A DNA stretch of 45,468 nt from a virus, in the IMG/VR virus record IMGVR_UViG_3300026299_000108, positions 1 to 45,468 of that record, one strand, 5' to 3'. A program made the position numbers and the translations under genes. The notes beneath the pieces were generated by a model. The model saw only the letters and a program-made list of their open reading frames with translations, made no database searches and was not told where the DNA came from. Of this stretch, positions 32,593 to 43,419 are shown piece after piece. How positions within the stretch are numbered: the first letter of the stretch is position 1; every line of letters starts with the position of its first letter.

Positions 32593-33062
32593 CCGAGCCG
32601 CTGAGCTGGCTGGCCGTGCAGTACATCAAGGGGCGCATGTCATCCATCGCGCCGGGCAGCGGCTACTACAGCGATTTTTCCACCGCCCGTGTCCTGGACG
32701 ATCGCAGCCAGATCGACGCCAGCGAAGGCGTCGGCACGTACCTCCTGGTGGTCGCGACCGATTTCGAGCCCACCGGCGAATCCGCTGGAAGGGCCAGTCA
32801 GGTCTACAGCGAAGACATGTCGCTGCTCATCGAATACGGCATCCGCCGCGATCCATCGCTCAGTCCTGAACTGCAGGTGCACCGCGCCCGTGCAGACGTC
32901 ATCCGCGCATTGCGTTCGCCGCTCCGGAACCAGGTGCATGGGCTCATCCGTATCGACATCGGCACCTCCAGCATCGTCGACACGCCCGAAGACTCCGCAT
33001 TGATCATCGCCCAGGTGCAGGCGCGGGCCGGCCTGAGCGATACCACCCCGCCCGCATCCTGA
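32589..33062 (+). CDS. Putative tail terminator
   Basis: Immediately before the major tail gene; IAPGSGYYSD. Confidence 0.55.
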   Translation: MTEPLSWLAVQYIKGRMSSIAPGSGYYSDFSTARVLDDRSQIDASEGVGTYLLVVATDFEPTGESAGRASQVYSEDMSLLIEYGIRRDPSLSPELQVHRARADVIRALRSPLRNQVHGLIRIDIGTSSIVDTPEDSALIIAQVQARAGLSDTTPPAS

Positions 33063-33072
33063 GGAAAGACCC

Positions 33073-33867
33073 ATGGCCCGACGTTCCGTTCGCAAATTCG
33101 GCGGGGACATCCGCTTCTGGCGCAAGTCCACGCTCGGCGTGCTGACGCCCTGCGTGCCCGAAGCCAACGACCCCGATCTCAACCAGCCCATCATCACCGA
33201 TGCGCTGACCACCACCTACGAGGCCGGCAACGAAGTGTCGGTCACCAGCAAGGGCCGTGGCGCCGATTACGGCGCGACCGTCTGGTCGGAGACCGAGCCG
33301 GGCACCGGCAGCATCAGCGTGACGCTGAAGGAAATCCCGGCCTCCCTGCTGGCACGCATCTTCTACGGCGAATCCTCGGCCATCAGCGTCACGGCCGGCT
33401 CCGTCACCGACCAGGACCTCGTGGTCTCCGCGAAGAACCTCCCGCTGCAACTGCCGCATCGCTACATCAAGGCCAGCCCGGCACCGGTGGTGAACAACAG
33501 CGGTACGCCGTTGACTGCGGGTACCGACTACACCATCGATCTGCGGCGCGGCACCATCGTCATCAAGGCCGCCGGCGTGAACGTGGACGACACGCTGACG
33601 CTCGACTACAGCTTCGACGACGTCAGCGGCACCCGTATCCTCGGCGGCACCACGCCCACCGAGACGTTCTACATCACCGGCGACATGGAGGACCGCGTCA
33701 GCGGCGAGCAGGGTGCGCTGGTGGTTTACGAGGCGCAGCTCACGCTGGATGGCGACATCGACTGGTTCTCCAGCGAGGTGCTCAGTCCGACGCTGACCGG
33801 CAAGATGATCAAGCCGGTGGATGCCCCCGCGGCCTACACCTTCGACATGTACGAGCAGGCGGCGTGA
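33073..33867 (+). CDS. Major tail tube protein
   Basis: GAGG RBS, biased codon usage, GTDYTID motif and position. Confidence 0.75.
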   Translation: MARRSVRKFGGDIRFWRKSTLGVLTPCVPEANDPDLNQPIITDALTTTYEAGNEVSVTSKGRGADYGATVWSETEPGTGSISVTLKEIPASLLARIFYGESSAISVTAGSVTDQDLVVSAKNLPLQLPHRYIKASPAPVVNNSGTPLTAGTDYTIDLRRGTIVIKAAGVNVDDTLTLDYSFDDVSGTRILGGTTPTETFYITGDMEDRVSGEQGALVVYEAQLTLDGDIDWFSSEVLSPTLTGKMIKPVDAPAAYTFDMYEQAA

Positions 33868-33881
33868 CGACTGCCGTCGAC

Positions 33882-33929
33882 ACCGCCCTGATCCCGCTGC
33901 TGCCGGTCGATTCGGCAGCAGCGCAGGGC
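33882..33929 (+). terminator. Long hairpin after the major tail gene
   Basis: GCCCTG..CGCTGCTGCCG-GTCGATT-CGGCAGCAGCG-CAGGGC. Confidence 0.5.
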
Positions 33930-33937
33930 ATGTGTCG

Positions 33938-34603
33938 ATGAGCGGGCGCACGCGACGTTTCGTCCGAGCCCGCAACAGCGAGGCGCTGTCCAGACTCGGC
34001 GCCCTTGTTGTCGGCTTCGACGAAGACCAGCTCAAGCAGGCAGCGCGTCGCGCACAGGTGTCCACGTACCGGTCTGGCGTCGCGATGGTGAACGCCGATG
34101 TGCGCAGCCGCTACGGCGTGAAGTTGTCGGCGCTGCGTGGGGCATATCGGGTCGTGAGCGGCCGCGACAGGAAGCGCGAGGACTACGTCGCGGTTGAAGC
34201 GACTGGTCGCCGCATCAACCTGCTGGAGTTCTCCGGTCGCTGGTCCCGGCCCAGGGGCAGCAACCTCAAGCGCCAGAGGAGCAAGGGTGCGACGGCAATG
34301 GTACATGCCGGCGAACGAAAGGCCTATGCCGGAGCATTCGTCGCATCGATCGGTTGGCGAGGCGTCAGTGGCGCAACCATCAAGGAAGACACCGTGAGGC
34401 GTGGGATTTTTGTGCGGAAGAAGAATCCAGCGGGTGACGGAAAACGCTATGGGCGTGGCCCTGTTCGTCTGCTTCGCGGTCCGTCTCCGCTCGAAATGAT
34501 GCTTGGCGAGGACCTGCGCTATGCACCGAGGATCAGCCAGGCGTTTCGCGATCTCTATACCGCAGAACTCGACCGCCAGATCAAGCTGCTGATCAAAAGG
34601 TAA
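33938..34603 (+). CDS. Basic minor tail protein (gpZ-like)
   Basis: Arg/Lys-rich; GAFVA, GIFVR and LRGPS motifs. Confidence 0.6.
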   Translation: MSGRTRRFVRARNSEALSRLGALVVGFDEDQLKQAARRAQVSTYRSGVAMVNADVRSRYGVKLSALRGAYRVVSGRDRKREDYVAVEATGRRINLLEFSGRWSRPRGSNLKRQRSKGATAMVHAGERKAYAGAFVASIGWRGVSGATIKEDTVRRGIFVRKKNPAGDGKRYGRGPVRLLRGPSPLEMMLGEDLRYAPRISQAFRDLYTAELDRQIKLLIKR

Positions 34604-34605
34604 CC

Positions 34606-37600
34606 ATGGCGAACCCGAAATACATCGAGGCGATCCGGCTGGTGCTCGAGACAGCGGGCGACGACCAGTTGCAGGCGCTCATCGCCCAGTTCAATGAACT
34701 CGGGACGGTCTCGGATGCTGAGGGCGCGGCTGTCCAGCGCGTGCTGGACAACATCGCCGCCTCATCCGAGAAGATGGCGAAGATCGAGGCCTTCGCGAAA
34801 CTCAAGCGCGATCTCGTGGCGGCGGAGTCCGAGCTCGACCGTGCGCAGGCCGCCGTCAATGCGCTGTTCGCCGAGTTCAAGGGTGGCGATACCAGCAGCG
34901 CCGAGATCGTCAAGATCCAGAAGGTCGCCGTCGAAACGGCAAAGAAGTACCGGGATGCAGCCGAAAGCCAGCGCCTGGCAGTGACGAAGGCGCGGCAGGA
35001 ACTGGCCGCGATGGGCGTGCAGACCCAGCGGCTGGGGCAGGACGAGGCGGCCTTGCGAAAGGAGTTCTCTGCCGCCCGCGGGGAGCTCTCGAATCTCACC
35101 GACACGATCACAAAAGCGCGTGCCGCCACGGTAGATCTGGCCGCGCGCCGGGCCGACTTCTCGCGCTTCCTTGGCGATGGCCGGGACCTCAGCGAGGAAG
35201 CCGCGAGCGCGTTGGCCGACTATCGCCGCAAGGTGCAAGAGGCGGCATCGGCGCAGAGCGGATTCGCTGGGAAGTCCGGCGGGTTCTTGTCTTCCCTGCG
35301 CAGCATGCAGGGGGTGCTCGCCGGCCTCGGCGTCTACCTTGGCTTCCGCGAGGCTGCCGGCGGCGTCGTCAACCTGCTGAAGGTCGCGGCGGCGTCCGAG
35401 AGCGCTCAGCGCAGCCTGGCGAACCTATACGGTTCGCAGGCGGCCGGCAACCGCGCTTTCGCCGATCTCAAGCAATTGGCTAAGCAGAACGGGCTGGCCT
35501 TCCAGGACATCGTCGATCAGGCCAAGAAGCTGAAGGCCTTCGGTCTCGATCCGCTCAACGGCTCGCTGCAGGCCCTCATCGACCAGAACGCTGCCGTCGG
35601 CGGCAGCCAGCAGGATCTGGAGGGCAAGGTCCTCGCGCTTGGGCAGGCCTGGGCCAAGCAGAAGCTGCAGGGCGAGGAAATCCTGCAACTGGTCGAGCGT
35701 GGCGTCCCGGTGTGGTCGCTGCTGGAAAAGGCGACTGGCCTCAACGTCACCCAGCTCCAGAAGCTCAGCGAACAGGGCAAGCTGGGCCGCGACACCATCA
35801 AGGCCCTCTACGAGGAGATCGGCAAGGCCAATGCCGGTGCGGCCCAGCAGGGCCTCAGCAGCCTCAGTGGCCTGTTCGCACAACTGCAGGCGCGGTGGAC
35901 GGACTTCCTGAACAAGGTCGCCGATAGCGGCGTCACCGAATATTTCAAGCAGCAGATCCAGAGCCTGCTGGGCTCGACAGGGAATCTGGATGTGATCGCC
36001 GGACGAGTGTCGGCGGGGATCATCAGCACAGTCGAGGCCCTAAAGAACTTCGGCCGTGAGATGCTGCCGGCGATTTCTTTGCTCAAGGACTTCACGCTCA
36101 CGATCGCCACGCATGCCAACGCGATCATCGGGCTCGCGAAGGTGTACTACGGGATCAAGCTCGTCAACTTCGTTTCCGGGCTCAGTGCATCCGTCCTCGA
36201 AATGACGCGGCTGACTGCGGCGACAGCGGAGGCGGCAGGGGCGGCGGGCAGTGCAACTGGAAAGATCGCAGGTCTGCGTGGGGCCCTCGCGGCCATTCCG
36301 AGAAATCTGCAGATCGGCATCGCGGTCGCGGGAGTCGAATATGCGGTGTCTCAGGCGATCCGCCTGAACGAGGCGATCAAGGAATACCAGGCGACGATGG
36401 CGCAGGTCGACGCCTTCGAGAGGTCCGTCGCAATGGCCGGGCAGGAGCGTCTGGCGCTCGGCAAGCAGTTGCAGACCCTCTATGCGAATTACGCATCGGT
36501 CGTCATCAAGAGCACGCAGGAGGTCGGCGCGCTCACCAGGACGCAGGCCGAGGAGTATCAGCTTGCCCTGAAGTCGGCTCTGGCCTACTACGGCGGCGTG
36601 ATTCGTGCTGCGCGAGAGACTGGAAACGCGCAGCAGGAAGCGACGGCAACCGAGCGATGGAAAGAGCTGAAGGCAGCGGTCGCAGACGTTGATCAGCAGC
36701 TTTCACAGCTTGCGAAAACTGCCGCCGAGCAGAATGCCCTCGCGGAATTCGTCAATAGGGCGGTTGCCGGCTTCGATGCGCTGAGGTCCAAGGGCGAGAG
36801 CGCGGCAAAAGCTGTCGATGGAATATTCAAGGGCGTCAACTTCGCCAGCCCCAAGGGCTTGCAGGATGCCGTCGGGATCATCGACCAGATCTCCATGCGT
36901 AGCGCCTCTGCAGGGCAGGCGGTCCGCGACGAGTTGCACAAGGCCCTGATCGGCGTCGCCGAGGAAGACCTGCCTGCGCTGCAGTCCGCCGCAGCGGCCG
37001 CGCTGGGCACCGGTAGCGAGGGCGCCAAGGCCTTCGCCGCGGAGCTGGACAAGATCAACCTCAGCCGGCTGGGCGTGGACGTCGAAGCCATCCAGACCGG
37101 GTTCACCCGCGCCGGTCGCGCCGTGACCAACCAGTTCGCCGGCGCGGTGCGCGAGGTCCAGCGGCTCGGGCTCACGGCAGAGCAGCGCAGCCAGGCCATC
37201 GCGCAGGCCTTCGATAAGGCATTCCAGCAGGCCTCGACCTCGAAGGAGTTGGAGACCCTGCGCAAGTCGCTGCAGGACGCGCTGTCCGGGGGTTCGATCG
37301 ACACCGCCGCTTTCGGCCAGCGCTTGGGCCAGATCAAGGCGAAGCTGGCCGAGCTGGCGAACGCGAGCAAGGCGGCGCCGGAGGCGCTGAACAAGGCGCT
37401 GCCGGAAGCGATCGACCACTTGGACAGCCTCGGCACCAAGGCCAGGGAAGCGGCCAAGGACGTCGAGAAGATCGGCGATGCGGGTCAGAAGGCCGCCGAT
37501 GGCGTAGGCGCCGCCGATTCTGCCGCCAGGTCGCTGACCACGTCGATCTCCGGCGTCAGCGAGGAGTTCATCCGCCTCATCCGGACCCAGAACAACCTGC

Positions 37601-38070
37601 AGCTCGGCAATGCCTTCCGCGCTCAGCAGGCGGACCTGTACGCCGCCATCAAGGCAACGCAGGACCTCAACGCCGAGTTCGACGACTTCGCGGCCAAGCG
37701 CAAGGAACTCGAGAAAAAGTACAACCTCATCGATCCGGCCGTGGTCGACCAACTGGTGCAGGCAGAGAAGACGCTGGAGCAAAACCGCCAGCGTCGCGCC
37801 GAAGCCGAGCAGAAGGCGGCCGACGAGGCGAAGAAGAAGGCTGACGCCGCGCTCGCCGAAGCGCGCAAGCTCGAGGCCGAGCGCGCCGCCGCCGGCCTGA
37901 CCACCATCCAGAAGATCGTGGTTGAAGTCGTGGTCGGCAGCAGCGCGGCATCGGCGCTGTCGAACGGCGACGGTCTCGATCCGATCGCATCCCGGACCAT
38001 CGCGCGAGCCGTCATCCGGGAGATCGGTCGCTCCCGTTCCATCAGCCTGTTGCCCGGAGGTCGCCGGTGA
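34606..38070 (+). CDS. Tape measure protein
   Basis: 1154 aa, helical and Ala-rich, with tape-measure domain LALGQAWAKQKLQGEEILQLVERGVP. Confidence 0.92.
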   Translation: MANPKYIEAIRLVLETAGDDQLQALIAQFNELGTVSDAEGAAVQRVLDNIAASSEKMAKIEAFAKLKRDLVAAESELDRAQAAVNALFAEFKGGDTSSAEIVKIQKVAVETAKKYRDAAESQRLAVTKARQELAAMGVQTQRLGQDEAALRKEFSAARGELSNLTDTITKARAATVDLAARRADFSRFLGDGRDLSEEAASALADYRRKVQEAASAQSGFAGKSGGFLSSLRSMQGVLAGLGVYLGFREAAGGVVNLLKVAAASESAQRSLANLYGSQAAGNRAFADLKQLAKQNGLAFQDIVDQAKKLKAFGLDPLNGSLQALIDQNAAVGGSQQDLEGKVLALGQAWAKQKLQGEEILQLVERGVPVWSLLEKATGLNVTQLQKLSEQGKLGRDTIKALYEEIGKANAGAAQQGLSSLSGLFAQLQARWTDFLNKVADSGVTEYFKQQIQSLLGSTGNLDVIAGRVSAGIISTVEALKNFGREMLPAISLLKDFTLTIATHANAIIGLAKVYYGIKLVNFVSGLSASVLEMTRLTAATAEAAGAAGSATGKIAGLRGALAAIPRNLQIGIAVAGVEYAVSQAIRLNEAIKEYQATMAQVDAFERSVAMAGQERLALGKQLQTLYANYASVVIKSTQEVGALTRTQAEEYQLALKSALAYYGGVIRAARETGNAQQEATATERWKELKAAVADVDQQLSQLAKTAAEQNALAEFVNRAVAGFDALRSKGESAAKAVDGIFKGVNFASPKGLQDAVGIIDQISMRSASAGQAVRDELHKALIGVAEEDLPALQSAAAAALGTGSEGAKAFAAELDKINLSRLGVDVEAIQTGFTRAGRAVTNQFAGAVREVQRLGLTAEQRSQAIAQAFDKAFQQASTSKELETLRKSLQDALSGGSIDTAAFGQRLGQIKAKLAELANASKAAPEALNKALPEAIDHLDSLGTKAREAAKDVEKIGDAGQKAADGVGAADSAARSLTTSISGVSEEFIRLIRTQNNLQLGNAFRAQQADLYAAIKATQDLNAEFDDFAAKRKELEKKYNLIDPAVVDQLVQAEKTLEQNRQRRAEAEQKAADEAKKKADAALAEARKLEAERAAAGLTTIQKIVVEVVVGSSAASALSNGDGLDPIASRTIARAVIREIGRSRSISLLPGGRR

Positions 38071-38492
38071 CCGACATCACGCTGGCCGGAATCACCCTGC
38101 CCGGCGATCTCAAATGGACCGACGAGTTCACCGCCTGGAAGGTGGGCCGGTCACAGCGCATCAGCCTCGGCGGTGCCCTCATCGTCAGCGAGTCGGCGCA
38201 GCAGGCGGGCCGGCCGATCACGCTGGAGACCACCTCCAATGGCGGCGGCGACTACACCGCGGCGATCACGCTGGACACCCTGCGCGCCCTGCAGGCGCTG
38301 GAGTCCGCCCCGCGCACCACGCCGATGACCCTGGTGATGCCGGACCACAACGCCGGCACGCGCAGCTTCGACGTGTTGTTCAACGCCAGCGGTGGCGCTG
38401 CGATCGAAGCCGAGCCGCTGCTGTTCAAGACGCCGTACTACGACACCGACTATTTCTCTCTCACCCTTCGCCTCATTCAGGTTGAACCATGA
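38067..38492 (+). CDS. Putative distal tail protein
   Basis: Follows the tape measure gene; WTDEF and GRPITL motifs. Confidence 0.65.
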   Translation: MTDITLAGITLPGDLKWTDEFTAWKVGRSQRISLGGALIVSESAQQAGRPITLETTSNGGGDYTAAITLDTLRALQALESAPRTTPMTLVMPDHNAGTRSFDVLFNASGGAAIEAEPLLFKTPYYDTDYFSLTLRLIQVEP

Positions 38493-41400
38493 CGATCACC
38501 GCCCCCGACATCCGGATGCGCCAGTCGCAGCGACTCACCGACAACCCCGACGGTGGCGGCCGAATGGTCGCGACGGAGATCGTCGACGGCGCCATCAACA
38601 ACCTGTTCCCCGACATCGGCGACGAGGAACGCACTACCGGCCGCGCCACGCTGCGGAAGATGTTCGTGCATGTCGACACGCCGACCACCGACGTCCTGAA
38701 GGACGCGATCGCCTTCATCATCGACCCGCCGGATGATCCGCAGGTGTCGATGTCGATGTTCGCGACCGGCAGCTACAGCGACGAGCGCGCCGCCGCGCAG
38801 AACCGCGTCGAGAGCTACGTCACCCGCGGCGTCGAGTCCCGCTTCGTGCTGATGGGCGACCACTACGTCGGCGGCCGTGCGCTGACCTTCTACTGCATGA
38901 AGGACGCGCCCAGCCCGGACGTCAACGACAGCCTGTGCCTCAGCACCGAGGCCAGCGGTTACGACCCCAACATCCAGTACGTGCGCGTGGAGCGGATCGA
39001 GGCACGCACCACCCAGACCTTCTACGACGGGCAGGGCGCGTTCGAGCGCGATGTGCTGGTGGTGTCGATCACCACCCCGCTGGTCTACGACTTCCACGGC
39101 CAGGAGCCGGTGCGGCTGACGGCGACCAAGCCCCCGACCCGGGTGCGCGTGACCAACGTGGTCGACGCGGCCAGCTACTACAGCATCCGAAAGCTGTCAG
39201 ATGCCGTCGATGCCGGCGCGCTGGTGCTGGACATCGGCTCGCCCTATGTCCCGCTGGTGCCGTCGACGCAGGCCGAGACCGCGGTCGTGGACGTGCGCGC
39301 CGGGCTCGGCGCGGTCTCGATCGTCCGTGCTGGTGCCGACGATGTGCTGTCGATCAGCACGTCCGGCACGTTCACGGCAGGCGTTCGCGTGCAGCGCTTC
39401 CTGGGCAACCCGATCCTGCCGGGCAGTGCGGAAGTCGTGATCGGAGCGACCACGTTGGTCGATGCCGGCGACGGCACGCTCGCTGCGGTTACGGCCTCGG
39501 CCTGGAGCGGCACCGTAGACTATGTCGCCGGGTCGATGTCGATCGTCAACAACGCCGGCGCCGGGCTGCAGGCGTTCAGCGTGACCGCGGCGCCGGCGGG
39601 CGTGATCTCGACGCAGGGCTATACCCAGGGCGTCGACATCAGCGCCGGCAACCAACAGTACAACTACGTGCTGCAGATGGTGCCGTTGCCGTCGCCCGGC
39701 ACCGTAACGGTCGACTACATGGCGCTGGGCAAGTGGGTCAGGCTGACGGACAACGGCGCCGGGCAGTTGTCCGGCAACGCCGGCGAGGGATCGGGCACCA
39801 TCAACTACAGTACCGGCAGCCTTGTCGCCACGCTGGGAGCGCTGCCCGATGTCGATTCGCGGTTGATCGTCAGCTACGGCACCGGCGTAACCACCGAGCG
39901 ACGCGATGGCGATGTCGAGATCGCGCCGCCGTACCTCAACTACCTGCTGCCCGACGAGGGCATCCTGCCCGGTACGTTCTCGGCGCAGTGGTTGGAGTCG
40001 ACCATCACGAAAACCGTTACCGACGACGGTGCCGGCAACCTGAAGATCGGTGCGACCGTGGTCGGTCGCATCGTCTACGCGACGGGCGAAGTGGGGTTTC
40101 GCCCGACGGCAATGCCGGACGGGGGCACCCAGATCATCAACACCTACCAGTGGGGCATGTCGGGTAGCGGCAATTTCACGCCGACCCCGGATTCCAATGG
40201 CTTCGTCAGCATGCTGGTGCCGGATGCGCCGCTGCGCCCTGGCTCGGTCAGGTTCGAGTGGACCGTCGCGGCCGTCCCCGGGGACAACATCCTTGGCGCG
40301 ACACTGGTGCCGCTGAAGCTGGTCGCCGTCGATGATGGCGCCGGGAACCTGGTCGCCGTCAGCGCCGGTGGGGCATCGCTCAGCGGTACGCTCGGTACGA
40401 TCAATTACACCACTGGCGCGGCCGTCCTCAAGGCCGGGAAGGTGGTGGTCGACGAGATGTCGTTCCCGCACTACCGCACGGATTCGAGTTTCCGCCTGCG
40501 CGTCGACTACTTCGTCAGGGCAGCGGTCACGACGACCTTCACCGCCGGCACGCCGGTCATCGGTTCCTGGCAGGCGGCCAGTGCAGCGGATACCCTCGTC
40601 GAGGATCTGGCGCTGGCCCTGCCTGCGGTCGTGCTGCAGCTCACGCCCGGCATCGTCGACGCCATCGTCCCCGGCAGCGTGCGCTTCACGTTTCGCGGCC
40701 GGACCTACGTCGACCGCAGCGGCAGCCTGTACTACGGCATCGACCCGACGACGGGCGCCGGTACCTACGCCGGCACCATCGACTACGCCAGCGGCGAGGC
40801 GCGCATCGCGCAGTGGGTCACCGGCGGCGCCAACACCGTGTCGATCGATGCGCTGCTGACCCGGATTGCCGAAGTCGGCACGGACGAGATCGCCTTCCGC
40901 ACACCCGGTGCGCCGCTGCGCCCCGGGTCGTTCACGGTGCGCGCCACCGCGCTGGACGGCACACTGCTGACCGCCTCCGCGGACATCAACGGCACGATCA
41001 CCGGCAGTGGCATCGCCGGAACGGTCGACTGGTCCACCGGGGCGGCGACGATCCGCTTCGGCGGCATGGTCACCGCCGCGGGCAACGAAGGCGAACCCTG
41101 GTACCGCGCCGGGGACGTCGTGGCCGGACAGGTCTGGCGCCCGCTGCTGACGATCGCCGACAGCGTTTACTTCGGCACGGTGGTCTATCGCAGCATCCCG
41201 CTGTCGTCGGTGGTGGTGGGACTGGACCCGGTGCGGCTGCCTTCCGATGGCCGTGTCGTGGCCTACAAGCCGGGGCAGACAGTCGTGGTGCATCACACGG
41301 ACGAGGAGGTGCTGACGCCCACGGCGGGCCAGCTCGTGACGCTGCCGCGGAATACGCTGTCCATCATCGAGGTGCGTGACGACGACGGCACGCCCATCGA

Positions 41401-42091
41401 CAGCGCCTGGTACACGCTCGACCTCGATGCCGGGACTGTGCAGTGGAGCAACCCGCTCAACCTCGGCGCCTATGCCATGCCGGTGCGCATCCGACACACC
41501 ATCGCGGATCGACGCCTCGTCTCCGACGTGCAGATCACCGGGCAGTTGGGCATCAATACCGGGCTAAGCCGGGCTTTCCCGGCCGACGCCTACGTTTCCA
41601 CCGCCCTGCGGCTGGGCGAGGCCAACGGCTCGCTGGACTTGCAGGCGCGTGTGCAGGGTCTGTTCGACCAGGGGACGTGGACGGGCGTCTGGTCTGACCA
41701 GCGCATCGGCGACCAAGCCGACGCGACCTACAACGACGTCGACTACCCGCTGGCGGTGGATAACGGCAACTGCATCACCGAGCGCTGGGTGATCGAGTTC
41801 ACGTCGGCGACGGCCTTCCACTTGATCGGCGAGACGGTCGGCCAGATCGCCACCGGCAATATCACGGCGGACCTCGCGCCACTCAACCCGCGCACCGGTG
41901 AGCCGTACTTCACGCTGGATAAGGACGGCTGGGGCGGCGGCTGGTCCGCCGGCAACGCCGTCCGGTTCAACACCATTGGCGCACTGGCCCCGATCTGGCT
42001 GGTCCGCACCACGCTGGCTGGCGCCGCGACCTCCACCACGGATTCCTTCCGCCTGCAGGTGGTCGGCAACATCACCGGAGGTGGCGCATGA
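38489..42091 (+). CDS. Large tail/baseplate protein
   Basis: 1200 aa; DGGGRM and NNLFPDI N-terminus; repeated DxGxG and GTI(N/D)YxTG modules. Confidence 0.8.
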   Translation: MTITAPDIRMRQSQRLTDNPDGGGRMVATEIVDGAINNLFPDIGDEERTTGRATLRKMFVHVDTPTTDVLKDAIAFIIDPPDDPQVSMSMFATGSYSDERAAAQNRVESYVTRGVESRFVLMGDHYVGGRALTFYCMKDAPSPDVNDSLCLSTEASGYDPNIQYVRVERIEARTTQTFYDGQGAFERDVLVVSITTPLVYDFHGQEPVRLTATKPPTRVRVTNVVDAASYYSIRKLSDAVDAGALVLDIGSPYVPLVPSTQAETAVVDVRAGLGAVSIVRAGADDVLSISTSGTFTAGVRVQRFLGNPILPGSAEVVIGATTLVDAGDGTLAAVTASAWSGTVDYVAGSMSIVNNAGAGLQAFSVTAAPAGVISTQGYTQGVDISAGNQQYNYVLQMVPLPSPGTVTVDYMALGKWVRLTDNGAGQLSGNAGEGSGTINYSTGSLVATLGALPDVDSRLIVSYGTGVTTERRDGDVEIAPPYLNYLLPDEGILPGTFSAQWLESTITKTVTDDGAGNLKIGATVVGRIVYATGEVGFRPTAMPDGGTQIINTYQWGMSGSGNFTPTPDSNGFVSMLVPDAPLRPGSVRFEWTVAAVPGDNILGATLVPLKLVAVDDGAGNLVAVSAGGASLSGTLGTINYTTGAAVLKAGKVVVDEMSFPHYRTDSSFRLRVDYFVRAAVTTTFTAGTPVIGSWQAASAADTLVEDLALALPAVVLQLTPGIVDAIVPGSVRFTFRGRTYVDRSGSLYYGIDPTTGAGTYAGTIDYASGEARIAQWVTGGANTVSIDALLTRIAEVGTDEIAFRTPGAPLRPGSFTVRATALDGTLLTASADINGTITGSGIAGTVDWSTGAATIRFGGMVTAAGNEGEPWYRAGDVVAGQVWRPLLTIADSVYFGTVVYRSIPLSSVVVGLDPVRLPSDGRVVAYKPGQTVVVHHTDEEVLTPTAGQLVTLPRNTLSIIEVRDDDGTPIDSAWYTLDLDAGTVQWSNPLNLGAYAMPVRIRHTIADRRLVSDVQITGQLGINTGLSRAFPADAYVSTALRLGEANGSLDLQARVQGLFDQGTWTGVWSDQRIGDQADATYNDVDYPLAVDNGNCITERWVIEFTSATAFHLIGETVGQIATGNITADLAPLNPRTGEPYFTLDKDGWGGGWSAGNAVRFNTIGALAPIWLVRTTLAGAATSTTDSFRLQVVGNITGGGA

Positions 42092-43089
42092 GCCTCGTGC
42101 CAACCCTGTACCGCAGCAGCGACAGCGGCGCGCCGGCGCTGACCGGCCAGGCTGGCTCCCTGCGCGACCTGTTGCGCGCCGTTCTGGTCACCGGCTACGG
42201 CTCCGGCGGGAGCGCCAGGGCCGCGGCCGGCTGGACGGAGACGTTTACCGGCACCAACAAGGCGGTGTTCCGCAACAACCCGGTCACGGGCACCGGCGGC
42301 AGCCTGCGCGTGGACGACAGCTCGACCGTGAGCGGCAGCAATGCCCGCTATGCGCTGCTTCGCGCATACGAGGCCATGACCGACGTCGACACCGGTACCG
42401 GCCCGGCGCCGACCGCCGCGCAGGTGACCAACGGCATCCTGACGCCGAAGTCCACGACGGCAGATGCAACGTCGCGTGCCTGGGTGGCGATCGCCAACGA
42501 GCGCTGGTGCTACCTGTTCGTGGATCTCGGCAATACCAGTTCCGGCTGGGTAGGCGTTGCTTCGCTGCCGCTTTTTTTCGGCGATATCGACACCCGGCGT
42601 GCCGTGGACCACTACCAGTTCATGCTGCTGGGTACGGACCTGACGAGCTACAGCGGCGGTGGAAATCTGTCGGGTGGGATGTTCACCTCGACGCCAGCGG
42701 CCACCACGCCGTCCGGAAAGCTGTACCTGCTGCGCAACTACCTGCAGGCGTCTGGAGCAAAATCTGCCGGGATCTGCGCGCTGAGTGATGGATCCGCATC
42801 TGGTGCAATCGGCAACGGCGGCACTTATCCGGACCCGGTCAGCGGTGGGCTGGCAATTCAGCGCATCATGGTCGCGGAGTCGGCGCGCGTCATCCGCGGG
42901 TACATGCCGGGCGTCTACGGCACCATCAACGGTCAGCCCTTCACCGACATGAGCGTGCGCACCGATATCGAGGGCATTCCGCCAGGCACGACGATCCTTG
43001 CCAAGACGTTCTCGCATGCGCTGGTGACGCCGTTGACCTACCCGAACCATGCCGGCCAGTTGCTCTTCGACCTGACCAACGAGGGCTGA
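42088..43089 (+). CDS. Tail-associated protein
   Basis: SSDSGAPALTGQAGSL...LVTGYG N-terminus; coupled to the previous gene. Confidence 0.65.
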   Translation: MSLVPTLYRSSDSGAPALTGQAGSLRDLLRAVLVTGYGSGGSARAAAGWTETFTGTNKAVFRNNPVTGTGGSLRVDDSSTVSGSNARYALLRAYEAMTDVDTGTGPAPTAAQVTNGILTPKSTTADATSRAWVAIANERWCYLFVDLGNTSSGWVGVASLPLFFGDIDTRRAVDHYQFMLLGTDLTSYSGGGNLSGGMFTSTPAATTPSGKLYLLRNYLQASGAKSAGICALSDGSASGAIGNGGTYPDPVSGGLAIQRIMVAESARVIRGYMPGVYGTINGQPFTDMSVRTDIEGIPPGTTILAKTFSHALVTPLTYPNHAGQLLFDLTNEG

Positions 43090-43092
43090 TCG

Positions 43093-43419
43093 ATGCTCAC
43101 CGACATCCTCGGCATCATCGACGGTACCCGCATGGCGGACTTCCGCGGCGCCGGCTACTTCGCCGGTGAGCCTCCGGTTTCAGGAGAACCCGACAGCATC
43201 GATGGGCGGTTTCGCATTCTGAACGTGCCTACCCGTGGGCGCATCGCCGTGTTTGAACGAGGCAGCATGCTGCCCGTGGCCTCGACGCTGTCCGCGGCGG
43301 ACGGCACCTGGCGAATCGATTGGCTGGATCCGGCGCGGCAGTTCGTGGTGCTCGGCTTTGACGACACCGGAGTGCAGAATGCCGCGGTGCAGGACTGGGT
43401 CTCGCCGGCGCCGATGTGA
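43093..43419 (+). CDS. Small tail-associated protein
   Basis: SAADGTWRI motif; position. Confidence 0.6.
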   Translation: MLTDILGIIDGTRMADFRGAGYFAGEPPVSGEPDSIDGRFRILNVPTRGRIAVFERGSMLPVASTLSAADGTWRIDWLDPARQFVVLGFDDTGVQNAAVQDWVSPAPM

